From assembly GCF_009914755.1 (NCBI RefSeq), contig NC_060941.1: a DNA stretch of 64,000 nucleotides; one strand, given 5' to 3'. Shown piece after piece: positions 1 through 12,700 of this stretch (position 1 is its first letter; the number at the start of each line of letters is the position of its first letter). The notes under the pieces are model-generated. The model was not told the origin of the DNA. It worked only from the letters and a program-made list of their open reading frames with translations, and ran no database searches. The position numbers were made by a program, and so were the translations under genes. The stretch comes from the human T2T-CHM13v2.0 reference genome, Homo sapiens.

Positions 1-555
1 TTTTGTAGGATCTGCAAGTGGATATTTGGACCACTCTGTGGCCTTCGTTCGAAAAGGGTACATCTTCACATAAAATCTAGACAGAAGCCTTCTCAGAAAC
101 TTCTCTGTGATGATTGCATTCAACTCACAGATTTGAACCCTCCTATGGATAGAGCATTGTTGAAACTCTCTTTTTGTGGAATCTGCAAGTGGATATGTGG
201 ACCTCTCCGAAGATGTCTTTGGAAACGGGAATATCTTCACATAAAAACTAAACAGAAGCATTCTCAGAAACTTCTCTGTGATGTTTGTGTTAAACTCCCA
301 GAGTTTCACATTGCTTTTCATAGAGTAGTTCTGAAACATGCTTTTCGTAGTGTCTGCAAGTGGACATTTGGAGCGCTTTCAGGCCTGTGGTGGAAAACGA
401 ATTATGGTCCCATAAAAACTGGAGAGAAGCATTGTCAGAAACTTCTTTGTGATGATTGCATTCAACTCACAGAGATGAAGGTTCCTTTACAAACAGCAGT
501 TTCCAAACACTCTTTCTGTGGAATCTGCAAGTGGATATTTGGACCTCTTTGAAGA

Positions 556-572
556 TTTCGTTGGAAACGGGA
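556..572 (+). promoter_or_regulatory. CENP-B box (TTTCGTTGGAAACGGGA), recurs once per HOR
   Basis: Matches the 17-bp CENP-B box with the essential NTTCGNNNNANNCGGGN core. Confidence 0.9.
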
Positions 573-1068
573 GAATCTTCACAGAAAATCTAAACAGAAG
601 CATTCTCAGAAACTTCTTTGTGATGCTTGCATTCAACTCACAGAGTTGAACTTTCCTTTCGAGAGAGAAGCTTTGAAACACTCTTTTTCCAGAATCTGCA
701 AGTGGACATTTGGAGGGCTTTGAGGCCTGTGGTGGAAAAGGAATTAACTTCCCGTAAAAGCTAGATAGAAGCATTCTCAGAAACTACTTTGTGATGATTG
801 CATTCAAGTCACAGAGTTGAACATTCCCTTTGACAGAGCAGTTTGGAAACTCTCTTTGTGTAGAATCTGCAAGTGGAGATATGGACCGCTTTGAGGCCTA
901 TGGTAGTAAAGGAAATAGCTTCATATAAAAGCTAGACAGTAGCATTCACAGAAAACTCTTGGTGACGACTGAGTTTAACTCACAGAGCTGAACATTCCTT
1001 TGGATGGAGCAGTTTCGAAACACACTATTTGTAGAATGTGCAAGTGGATATTTGGGCCTCTCTGAGGA

Positions 1069-1420
1069 TTTCGTTGGAAACGGGATAAACCGCACAGAAC
1101 TAAACAGAAGCATTCTCAGAACCTACTTCGTGATGTTTGCATTCAACTCACAGTGTTGAACCTTTCTTTGATAGTTCAGGTTTGAAACGGTCTTTCTGTA
1201 GAAACTGCAAGTAGATATTTGGACCTCTCTGAGGATTTCGTTGGAAACGGGATAAACCGCACAGAACTAAAACAGAAGCATTCTCAGAACCCTCTTCGTG
1301 ATGTTTGCATTCAACTCACAGTGCTGAACCTTTCTTTGATAGTTCAGCTTTGAAACACTCTTCTTGTAGAAACTGCAAGTGGATATTTGGTCCTCTCTGA
1401 GGATTTCGTTGGAAACGGGA
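1069..1420 (+). promoter_or_regulatory. Three CENP-B boxes in consecutive monomers (1069-1085, 1236-1252, 1404-1420), recurs per HOR
   Basis: TTTCGTTGGAAACGGGA three times at 167-168 bp spacing. Confidence 0.9.
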
Positions 1421-1741
1421 TAAACCGCACAGAACTAAACAGAAGCATTCTCAGAACCTTCTTCGTGATGTCTGCATTCAACTCACAGTGTGGAACCTTT
1501 CTTTGATAGTTCAGGTTTGAAACACTCTTTTTGTAGAAACTGCAAGGGGATAATTGCACTTCTTTGAGGCCTACCGTAGTAAAGGAAATAACTTCTTATA
1601 GAAAGAAGACAGAAGCTTTCTCAGAAAATTCTTTGGGATGATTGAGTGGAACTCACAGAGCTGAACATTCCTTGCGATGTAGCAGTTTAGAAACACACTT
1701 TCTGCAGAATCTGCAAGTGCATATTTGGACCTCTCCGAGGA

Positions 1742-1758
1742 ATTCGTTGGAAACGGGA
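1742..1758 (+). promoter_or_regulatory. CENP-B box overlapping the HOR-defining EcoRI site
   Basis: ATTCGTTGGAAACGGGA; GAATTC at 1740-1745. Confidence 0.88.
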
Positions 1759-1907
1759 TAATTTCAGCTGACTAAACAGAAGCAGTCTCAGAATCTTCTT
1801 TGTGATGTTTGCATTCAAATCCCAGAGTTGAACTTTCCTTTCAAAGTTCACGTTTGAAACACTCTTTTTGCAGGATCTACAAGTGGATATTTGGACCACT
1901 CTGTGTC

Positions 1908-1924
1908 CTTCGTTCGAAACGGGT
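1908..1924 (+). promoter_or_regulatory. CENP-B box variant CTTCGTTCGAAACGGGT
   Basis: Retains the TTCG....A..CGGG core. The same variant occurs at 2758-2774 and at equivalent positions in other HORs. Confidence 0.82.
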
Positions 1925-2078
1925 ATATCTTCACATGACATCTAGACAGAAGCATCCTCAGAAGCTTCTCTGTGATGACTGCATTCAACTCACGGAGTTG
2001 AACACTCCTTTTGAGAGCGCAGTTTTGAAACTCTCTTTCTGTGGCATCTGCAAGGGGACATGTAGACCTCTTTGAAGA

Positions 2079-2095
2079 TTTCGTTGGAAACGGAA
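2079..2095 (+). other. Degenerate CENP-B-like box (TTTCGTTGGAAACGGAA), non-canonical in every HOR copy I inspected
   Basis: CGGA replaces the essential CGGG, so it is predicted non-binding. A second degenerate box (TGTCTTTGGAAACGGGA) sits at ~214-230. Confidence 0.75.
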
Positions 2096-2591
2096 TCATC
2101 TTCACATAAAAACTATACAGATGCATTCTCAGGAACTTTTTGGTGATGTTTGTATTCAACTCCCAGAGTTGAACTTTCCTTTGGAAAGAGCAGCTATGAA
2201 ACACTCTTTTTCTAGAATCTGCAAGTGGACGTTTGGAGGGCTTTGTGGTTTGTGGTGGAAAAGGAAATATCTTCACCTAAATACTAGATAGAAGCATTCT
2301 CAGAAACTGCTTTGTGATGATTGCATTCACCTCACAGAGTTGAACATTCCTATTGATAGAGCAGTTTGGAAACACTCTTGTTGTGGAATGTGCAAGTGGA
2401 GATTTGGAGCGCTTTGAGGCCTATGGTAGTAAAGGGAATAGCTTCATAGAAAAACTAGACAGAAGGATTCTCAGAAAATACTTTGAGATGATTGAGTTTA
2501 ACTCACAGAGCTGAACATTCCTTTGGATGGAGCAGGTTTGAGACACACTTTTTGTAGAATCTACAAGTGGATATTTGGACCTCTCTGAGGA

Positions 2592-2608
2592 TTTCGTTGG
2601 AAACGGGA
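2592..2608 (+). promoter_or_regulatory. CENP-B box, polymorphic between HOR copies (CGGG intact vs CGCG disrupted)
   Basis: TTTCGTTGGAAACGGGA here; TTTCGTTGGAAACGCGA at e.g. 8022 and 10568. Confidence 0.85.
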
Positions 2609-2757
2609 TAACTGCACCTAACTAAACGGAAGCATTCTCAGAAACTTCTTGGTGATGTTTGCATTCAAATCCCAGAGTTGAAACTTCCTGTGATAGTTCA
2701 GGTTTGAAACACACTTTTTGTAGGATCTGCAAGTGGATATTTGGACCACTCTGTGGC

Positions 2758-2774
2758 CTTCGTTCGAAACGGGT
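2758..2774 (+). promoter_or_regulatory. CENP-B box variant CTTCGTTCGAAACGGGT
   Basis: Core intact here. The homologous copy at 43-59 reads CTTCGTTCGAAAAGGGT (C>A at 55, disrupted). Confidence 0.82.
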
Positions 2775-5700
2775 ACATCTTCGCATAAAATCTAGACAGA
2801 AGCCTTCTCAGAAACTTCTCTGTGATGATTGCATTCAACTCACAGAGTTGAACCCTCCTATGGATAGAGCATTCTTGAAACTCTCTTTTTGTGGAATCTG
2901 CAAGTGGATATGTGGACCTCTCCGAAGATGTCTTTGGAAACGGGAATATCTTCACATAAAAACTAAACAGAAGCATTCTCAGAAACTTCTCTGTGATGTT
3001 TGTGTTCAACTCCCAGAGTTTCACATTGCTTTTCATAGAGTAGTTCTGAAACATGCTTTTCGTAGTGTCTGCAAGTGGACATTTGGAGCGCTTTCAGGCC
3101 TGTGGTGGAAAACGAATTATGGTCCCATAAAAACTGGAGAGAAGCATTGTCAGAAACTTCTTTGCGATGATTGCATTCAACTCACAGAGATGAAGGTTCC
3201 TTTACAAACAGCAGTTTCCAAACACTCTTTCTGTGGAATCTGCAAGTGGATATTTGGACCTCTTTGAAGATTTCGTTGGAAACGGGAGAATCTTCACAGA
3301 AAATCTAAACAGAAGCATTCTCAGAAACTTCTTTGTGATGCTTGCATTCAACTCACAGAGTTGAACTTTCCTTTCGAGAGAGAAGCTTTGAAACACTCTT
3401 TTTCCAGAATCTGCAAGTGGACATTTGGAGGGCTTTGAGGCCTGTGGTGGAAAAGGAATTAACTTCCCGTAAAAGCTAGATAGAAGCATTCTCAGAAACT
3501 ACTTTGTGATGATTGCATTCAAGTCACAGAGTTGAACATTCCCTTTGACAGAGCAGTTTGGAAACTCTCTTTGTGTAGAATCTGCAAGTGGAGATATGGA
3601 CCGCTTTGAGGCCTATGGTAGTAAAGGAAATAGCTTCATATAAAAGCTAGACAGTAGCATTCACAGAAAACTCTTGGTGACGACTGAGTTTAACTCACAG
3701 AGCTGAACATTCCTTTGGATGGAGCAGTTTCGAAACACACTATTTGTAGAATGTGCAAGTGGATATTTGGGCCTCTCTGAGGATTTCGTTGGAAACGGGA
3801 TATACCGCACAGAACTAAACAGAAGCATTCTCAGAACCTACTTCGTGATGTTTGCATTCAACTCACAGTGTTGAACCTTTCTTTGATAGTTCAGGTTTGA
3901 AACGGTCTTTCTGTAGAAACTGCAAGTAGATATTTGGACCTCTCTGAGGATTTCGTTGGAAACGGGATAAACCGCACAGAACTAAAACAGAAGCATTCTC
4001 AGAACCCTCTTCGTGATGTTTGCATTCAACTCACAGTGCTGAACCTTTCTTTGATAGTTCAGCTTTGAAACACTCTTCTTGTAGAAACTGCAAGTGGATA
4101 TTTGGTCCTCTCTGAGGATTTCGTTGGAAACGGGATAAACCGCACAGAACTAAACAGAAGCATTCTCAGAACCTTCTTCGTGATGTCTGCATTCAACTCA
4201 CAGTGTGGAACCTTTCTTTGATAGTTCAGGTTTGAAACACTCTTTTTGTAGAAACTGCAAGGGGATAATTGCACTTCTTTGAGGCCTACCGTAGTAAAGG
4301 AAATAACTTCTTATAGAAAGAAGACAGAAGCTTTCTCAGAAAATTCTTTGGGATGATTGAGTGGAACTCACAGAGCTGAACATTCCTTGCGATGTAGCAG
4401 TTTAGAAACACACTTTCTGCAGAATCTGCAAGTGCATATTTGGACCTCTCCGAGGAATTCGTTGGAAACGGGATAATTTCAGCTGACTAAACAGAAGCAG
4501 TCTCAGAATCTTCTTTGTGATGTTTGCATTCAAATCCCAGAGTTGAACTTTCCTTTCAAAGTTCACGTTTGAAACACTCTTTTTGCAGGATCTACAAGTG
4601 GATATTTGGACCACTCTGTGTCCTTCGTTCGAAACGGGTATATCTTCACATGACATCTAGACAGAAGCATCCTCAGAAGCTTCTCTGTGATGACTGCATT
4701 CAACTCACGGAGTTGAACACTCCTTTTGAGAGCGCAGTTTTGAAACTCTCTTTCTGTGGCATCTGCAAGGGGACATGTAGACCTCTTTGAAGATTTCGTT
4801 GGAAACGGAATCATCTTCACATAAAAACTATACAGATGCATTCTCAGGAACTTTTTGGTGATGTTTGTATTCAACTCCCAGAGTTGAACTTTCCTTTGGA
4901 AAGAGCAGCTATGAAACACTCTTTTTCTAGAATCTGCAAGTGGACGTTTGGAGGGCTTTGTGGTTTGTGGTGGAAAAGGAAATATCTTCACCTAAATACT
5001 AGATAGAAGCATTCTCAGAAACTGCTTTGTGATGATTGCATTCACCTCACAGAGTTGAACATTCCTATTGATAGAGCAGTTTGGAAACACTCTTGTTGTG
5101 GAATGTGCAAGTGGAGATTTGGAGCGCTTTGAGGCCTATGGTAGTAAAGGGAATAGCTTCATAGAAAAACTAGACAGAAGGATTCTCAGAAAATACTTTG
5201 AGATGATTGAGTTTAACTCACAGAGCTGAACATTCCTTTGGATGGAGCAGGTTTGAGACACACTTTTTGTAGAATCTACAAGTGGATATTTGGACCTCTC
5301 TGAGGATTTCGTTGGAAACGGGATAACTGCACCTAACTAAACGGAAGCATTCTCAGAAACTTCTTGGTGATGTTTGCATTCAAATCCCAGAGTTGAAACT
5401 TCCTGTGATAGTTCAGGTTTGAAACACACTTTTTGTAGGATCGGCAAGTGGATATTTGGACCACTCTGTGGCCTTCGTTCGAAACGGGTACATCTTCGCA
5501 TAAAATCTAGACAGAAGCCTTCTCAGAAACTTCTCTGTGATGATTGCATTCAACTCACAGAGTTGAACCCTCCTATGGATAGAGCATTCTTGAAACTCTC
5601 TTTTTGTGGAATCTGCAAGTGGATATGTGGACCTCTCCGAAGATGTCTTTGGAAACGGGAATATCTTCACATAAAAACTAAACAGAAGCATTCTCAGAAA

Positions 5701-7169
5701 CTTCTCTGTGATGTTTGTGTTCAACTCCCAGAGTTTCACATTGCTTTTCATAGAGTAGTTCTGAAACATGCTTTTCGTAGTGTCTGCAAGTGGACATTTG
5801 GAGCGCTTTCAGGCCTGTGGTGGAAAACGAATTATGGTCCCATAAAAACTGGAGAGAAGCATTGTCAGAAACTTCTTTGCGATGATTGCATTCAACTCAC
5901 AGAGATGAAGGTTCCTTTACAAACAGCAGTTTCCAAACACTCTTTCTGTGGAATCTGCAAGTGGATATTTGGACCTCTTTGAAGATTTCGTTGGAAACGG
6001 GAGAATCTTCACAGAAAATCTAAACAGAAGCATTCTCAGAAACTTCTTTGTGATGCTTGCATTCAACTCACAGAGTTGAACTTTCCTTTCGAGAGAGAAG
6101 CTTTGAAACACTCTTTTTCCAGAATCTGCAAGTGGACATTTGGAGGGCTTTGAGGCCTGTGGTGGAAAAGGAATTAACTTCCCGTAAAAGCTAGATAGAA
6201 GCATTCTCAGAAACTACTTTGTGATGATTGCATTCAAGTCACAGAGTTGAACATTCCCTTTGACAGAGCAGTTTGGAAACTCTCTTTGTGTAGAATCTGC
6301 AAGTGGAGATATGGACCGCTTTGAGGCCTATGGTAGTAAAGGAAATAGCTTCATATAAAAGCTAGACAGTAGCATTCACAGAAAACTCTTGGTGACGACT
6401 GAGTTTAACTCACAGAGCTGAACATTCCTTTGGATGGAGCAGTTTCGAAACACACTATTTGTAGAATGTGCAAGTGGATATTTGGGCCTCTCTGAGGATT
6501 TCGTTGGAAACGGGATAAACCGCACAGAACTAAACAGAAGCATTCTCAGAACCTTCTTCGTGATGTTTGCATTCAACTCACAGTGTTGAACCTTTCTTTG
6601 ATAGTTCAGGTTTGAAACGGTCTTTCTGTAGAAACTGCAAGTAGATATTTGGACCTCTCTGAGGATTTCGTTGGAAACGGGATAACCCGCACAGAACTAA
6701 AACAGAAGCATTCTCAGAACCCTCTTCGTGATGTTTGCATTCAACACACAGTGCTGAACCTTTCTTTGATAGTTCAGCTTTGAAACACTCTTCTTGTAGA
6801 AACTGCAAGTGGATATTTGGTCCTCTCTGAGGATTTCGTTGGAAACGGGATAAACCGCACAGAACTAAACAGAAGCATTCTCAGAACCTTCTTCGTGATG
6901 TCTGCATTCAACTCACAGTGTGGAACCTTTCTTTGATAGTTCAGGTTTGAAACACTCTTTTTGTAGAAACTGCAAGGGGATAATTGCACTTCTTTGAGGC
7001 CTACCGTAGTAAAGGAAATAACTTCCTATAGAAAGAAGACAGAAGCTTTCTCAGAAAATTCTTTGGGATGATTGAGTGGAACTCACAGAGCTGAACATTC
7101 CTTGCGATGTAGCAGTTTAGAAACACACTTTCTGCAGAATCTGCAAGTGCATATTTGGACCTCTCCGAG

Positions 7170-9715
7170 GAATTCGTTGGAAACGGGATAATTTCAGCTG
7201 ACTAAACAGAAGCAGTCTCAGAATCTTCTTTGTGATGTTTGCATTCAAATCCCAGAGTTGAACTTTCCTTTCAAAGTTCACGTTTGAAACACTCTTTTTG
7301 CAGGATCTACAAGTGGATATTTGGACCACTCTGTGTCCTTCGTTCGAAACGGGTATATCTTCACATGACATCTAGACAGAAGCATTCTCAGAAGCTTCTC
7401 TGTGATGACTGCATTCAACTCACGGAGTTGAACACTCCTTTTGAGAGCGCAGTTTTGAAACTCTCTTTCTGTGGCATCTGCAAGGGGACATGTAGACCTC
7501 TTTGAAGATTTCGTTGGAAACGGAATCATCTTCACATAAAAACTATACAGATGCATTCTCAGGAACTTTTTGGTGATGTTTGTATTCAACTCCCAGAGTT
7601 GAACTTTCCTTTGGAAAGAGCAGCTATGAAACACTCTTTTTCTAGAATCTGCAAGTGGACGTTTGGAGGGCTTTGTGGTTTGTGGTGGAAAAGGAAATAT
7701 CTTCACCTAAATACTAGATAGAAGCATTCTCAGAAACTGCTTTGTGATGATTGCATTCACCTCACAGAGTTGAACATTCCTATTGATAGAGCAGTTTGGA
7801 AACACTCTTGTTGTGGAATGTGCAAGTGGAGATTTGGAGCGCTTTGAGGCCTATGGTAGTAAAGGGAATAGCTTCATAGAAAAACTAGACAGAAGCATTC
7901 TCAGAAAATACTTTGTGATGATTGAGTTTAACTCACAGAGCTGAACATTCCTTTGGATGGAGCAGGTTTGAGACACACTTTTTGTAGAATCTACAAGTGG
8001 ATATTTGGACCTCTCTGAGGATTTCGTTGGAAACGCGATAACTGCACCTAACTAAACGGAAGCATTCTCAGAAACTTCTTGGTGATGTTTGCATTCAAAT
8101 CCCAGAGTTGAACCTTCCTTTGATAGTTCAGGTTTGAAACACTCTTTTTGTAGGATCTGCAAGTGGATATTTGGACCACTCTGTGGCCTTCGTTCGAAAC
8201 GGGTATATCTTCGCATAAAATCTAGACAGAAGCCTTCTCAGAAACTTCTCTGTGATGATTGCATTCAACTCACAGAGTTGAACCCTCCTATGGATAGAGC
8301 AGTGTTGAAACTCTCTTTTTGTGGAATCTGCAAGTGGATATGTGGACCTCTCCGAAGATGTCTTTGGAAACGGGAATATCTTCACATAAAAACTAAACAG
8401 AAGCATTCTCAGAAACTTCTCTGTGATGTTTGTGTTCAACTCCCAGAGTTTCACATTGCTTTTCATAGAGTAGTTCTGAAACATGCTTTTCGTAGTGTCT
8501 ACAAGTGGACATTTGGAGCGCTTTCAGGCCTGTGGTGGAAAACGAATTATGGTCACATAAAAACTGGAGAGAAGCATTGTCAGAAACTTCTTTGTGATGA
8601 TTGCATTCAACTCACAGAGTTGAAGGTTCCTTTTCAAAGAGCAGTTTCCAATCACTCTTTCTGTGGAATCTGCAAGTGGATATTTGGACCTCTTTGAAGA
8701 TTTCGTTGGAAACGGGAGAATCTTCACAGAAAAGCTAAACAGAAGCATTCTCAGAAACTTCTTTGTGATGCTTGCATTCAACTCACAGAGTTGAACTTTC
8801 CTTTCGAGAGAGAAGCTTTGAAACATTCTTTTCCAGAATCTGCAAGTGGACATTTGGAGGGCATTGAGGCCTGTGGTGGAAAAGGAATTATCTTCCCGTA
8901 AAAGCTAGACAGAAGCATTCTCAGAAACTACTTTGTGATGATTGCATTCAAGTCACAGACTTGAACATTCCCTTTGACAGAGCAGTTTGGAAACTCTCTT
9001 TGTGTAGAATCTGCAAGTGGAGATATGGACCGCTTTGAGGCCTATGGTAGTAAAGGAAATAGCTTCATATAAAAGCTAGACAGTAGCATTCACAGAAAAC
9101 TCTTGGTGACGACTGAGTTTAACTCACAGAGCTGAACATTCCTTTGGATGGAGCAGTTTCGAAACACACTATTTGTAGAATGTGCAAGTGGATATTTGGG
9201 CCTCTCTGAGGATTTCGTTGGAAACGGGATAAACCGCACAGAACTAAACAGAAGCATTCTCAGAACCTTCTTCGTGATGTTTGCATTCAACTCACAGTGT
9301 TGAACCTTTCTTTGATAGTTCAGGTTTGAAACGGTCTTTCTGTAGAAACTGCAAGTAGATATTTGGACCTCTCTGAGGATTTCGTTGGAAACGGGATAAA
9401 CCGCACAGAACTAAAACAGAAGCATTCTCAGAACCTTCTTCGTGATGTCTGCATTCAACTCAAAGTGTGGAACCTTTCTTTGACAGTTCAGGTTTAAAAA
9501 ACTCTTTTTGTAGAAACTGCAAGGGGATAATTGCACTCTTTGAGGAGTACCGTAGTAAAGGAAATAACTTCCTATAAAAAGAAGACAGAAGCTTTCTCAG
9601 AAAATTCTTTGGGATGATTGACTTGAACTCACAGAGCTGAGCATTCCTTGCGATGTAGCAGTTTAGAAACACACTTTCTGCAGAATCTGCAAGTGCATAT
9701 GTGGACCTCTCTGAG
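7170..9715 (+). repeat. 15-mer HOR structural variant (2546 bp)
   Basis: EcoRI spacing 7170 to 9716 is 2546 = 2715-169. The 167-bp monomer beginning CATTCTCAGAACCCTCTTCG is missing: the monomer at 9255 is followed directly at 9423 by the GTCTGC/GTGGAACC monomer. There are also two 1-bp deletions (~8826 and ~9538). Confidence 0.93.
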
Positions 9716-12700
9716 GAATTCGTTGGAAACGGGATAATTTCAGCTGACTAAACAGAAGCAGTCTCAGAATCTTCTTTGTGATGTTTGCATTCAAATCCCA
9801 GAGTTGAACTTTCCTTTCAAAGTTCACGTTTGAAACACTCTTTTTGCAGCATCTACAAGTGGATATTTGGACGACTCTGTGTCCTTCGTTCGAAACGGGT
9901 ATATCTTCACATGACATCTAGACAGAAGCATTCTCAGAAGCTTCTCTGTGATGACTGCATTCAACTCACGGAGTTGAACACTCCTTTTGAGAGCGCAGTT
10001 TTGAAACTCTCTTTCTGTGGCATCTGCAAGGGGACATGTAGACCTCTTTGAAGATTTCGTTGGAAACGGAATCATCTTCACATAAAAACTATACAGATGC
10101 ATTCTCAGGAACTTTTTGGTGATGTTTGTATTCAACTCCCAGAGTTGAACTTTCCTTTGGAAAGAGCAGCTATGAAACACTCTTTTTCTAGAATCTGCAA
10201 GTGGACGTTTGGAGGGCTTTGTGGTTTGTGGTGGAAAAGGAAATATCTTCACCTAAATACTAGATAGAAGCATTCTCAGAAACTGCTTTGTGATGATTGC
10301 ATTCACCTCACAGAGTTGAACATTCCTATTGATAGAGCAGTTTGGAAACACTCTTGTTGTGGAATGTGCAAGTGGAGATTTGGAGCGCTTTGAGGCCTAT
10401 GGTAGTAAAGGGAATAGCTTCATAGAAAAACTAGACAGAAGCATTCTCAGAAAATACTTTGTGATGATTGAGTTTAACTCACAGAGCTGAACATTCCTTT
10501 GGATGGAGCAGGTTTGAGACACACTTTTTGTAGAATCTACAAGTGGATATTTGGACCTCTCTGAGGATTTCGTTGGAAACGCGATAACTGCACCTAACTA
10601 AACGGAAGCATTCTCAGAAACTTCTTGGTGATGTTTGCATTCAAATCCCAGAGTTGAACCTTCCTGTGATAGTTCAGGTTTGAAACACTCTTTTTGTAGG
10701 ATCTGCAAGTGGATATTTGGACCACTCTGTGGCCTTCGTTCGAAACGGGTACATCTTCACATAAAATCTAGACAGAAGCCTTCTCAGAAACTTCTCTGTG
10801 ATGATTGCATTCAACTCACAGATTTGAACCCTCCTATGGATAGAGCATTGTTGAAACTCTCTTTTTGTGGAATCTGCAAGTGGATATGTGGACCTCTCCG
10901 AAGATGTCTTTGGAAACGGGAATATCTTCACATAAAAACTAAACAGAAGCATTCTCAGAAACTTCTCTGTGATGTTTGTGTTCAACTCCCAGAATTTCAC
11001 ATTGCTTTTCATAGAGTAGTTCTGAAACATGCTTTTCGTAGTGTCTGCAAGTGGACATTTGGAGCGCTTTCAAGCCTGTGGTGGAAAACGAATTATGGTC
11101 CCATAAAAACTGGAGAGAAGCATTGTCAGAAACTTCTTTGTGATGATTGCATTCAACTCACAGAGATGAAGGTTCCTTTACAAACAGCAGTTTCCAAACA
11201 CTCTTTCTGTGGAATCTGCAAGTGGATATTTGGACCTCTTTGAAGATTTCGTTGGAAACGGGAGAATCTTCACAGAAAATCTAAACAGAAGCATTCTCAG
11301 AAACTTCTTTGTGATGCTTGCATTCAACTCACAGAGTTGAACTTTCCTTTCGAGAGAGAAGCTTTGAAACACTCTTTTTCCAGAATCTGCAAGTGGACAT
11401 TTGGAGGGCTTTGAGGCCTGTGGTGGAAAAGGAATTAACTTCCCATAAAAGCTAGATAGAAGCATTCTCAGAAACTACTTTGTGATGATTGCATTCAAGT
11501 CACAGAGTTGAACATTCCCTTTGACAGAGCAGTTTGGAAACTCTCTTTGTGTAGAATCTGCAAGTGGAGATATGGACCGCTTTGAGGCCTATGGTAGTAA
11601 AGGAAATAGCTTCATATAAAAGCTAGACAGTAGCATTCACAGAAAACTCTTGGTGACGACTGAGTTTAACTCACAGAGCTGAACATTCCTTTGGATGGAG
11701 CAGTTTCGAAACACACTATTTGTAGAATGTGCAAGTGGATATTTGGGCCTCTCTGAGGATTTCGTTGGAAACGGGATAAACCGCACAGAACTAAACAGAA
11801 GCATTCTCAGAACCTTCTTCGTGATGTTTGCATTCAACTCACAGTGTTGAACCTTTCTTTGATAGTTCAGGTTTGAAACGGTCTTTCTGTAGAAACTGCA
11901 AGTAGATATTTGGACCTCTCTGAGGATTTCGTTGGAAACGGGATAAACCGCACAGAACTAAAACAGAAGCATTCTCAGAACCCTCTTCGTGATGTTTGCA
12001 TTCAACTCACAGTGCTGAACCTTTCTTTGATAGTTCAGCTTTGAAACACTCTTCTTGTAGAAACTGCAAGTGGATATTTGGTCCTCTCTGAGGATTTCGT
12101 TGGAAACGGGATAAACCGCACAGAACTAAACAGAAGCATTCTCAGAACCTTCTTCGTGATGTCTGCATTCAACTCACAGTGTGGAACCTTTCTTTGATAG
12201 TTCAGGTTTGAAACACTCTTTTTGTAGAAACTGCAAGGGGATAATTGCACTTCTTTGAGGCCTACCGTAGTAAAGGAAATAACTTCCTATAGAAAGAAGA
12301 CAGAAGCTTTCTCAGAAAATTCTTTGGGATGATTGAGTGGAACTCACAGAGCTGAACATTCCTTGCGATGTAGCAGTTTAGAAACACACTTTCTGCAGAA
12401 TCTGCAAGTGCATATTTGGACCTCTCCGAGGAATTCGTTGGAAACGGGATAATTTCAGCTGACTAAACAGAAGCAGTCTCAGAATCTTCTTTGTGATGTT
12501 TGCATTCAAATCCCAGAGTTGAACTTTCCTTTCAAAGTTCACGTTTGAAACACTCTTTTTGCAGGATCTACAAGTGGATATTTGGACCACTCTGTGTCCT
12601 TCGTTCGAAACGGGTATATCTTCACATGACATCTAGACAGAAGCATCCTCAGAAGCTTCTCTGTGATGACTGCATTCAACTCACGGAGTTGAACACTCCT

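Larger units (their letters stand above)
88..2802 (+). repeat. One representative canonical 16-monomer HOR unit
   Basis: Monomer starts (CATTCTCAGAA register) at 88, 259, 430, 601, 772, 943, 1111, 1279, 1446, 1616, 1783, 1953, 2124, 2295, 2466, 2633, next unit at 2803. Lengths are 167-171 bp. The A/B-box pattern fits an SF3 pentamer derivative: starting at 2466 I infer W1-W2-W3-W4-W3-W4-W5-W1-W1-W1-W5-W1-W2-W3-W4-W5. Confidence 0.92.

Noticed and set aside
1012-1969. Short palindromes GTTTCGAAAC (1012-1021) and AGAAGCTTCT (1960-1969) as hairpins or terminators
   Set aside because: These 10-bp dyads are a known generic property of alpha satellite and too short to support a specific functional call.
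2659-3267. Recurrent 202-aa Cys/His-rich ORF (and the 66-142 aa ORFs on both strands) that superficially resembles zinc-finger repeats
   Set aside because: It is a translation of alpha satellite: 171-bp monomers are a multiple of 3 and give ~57-aa pseudo-repeats. Many ORFs start at TTG/GTG, overlap on opposite strands and recur with each HOR. There is no recognisable domain or gene structure.
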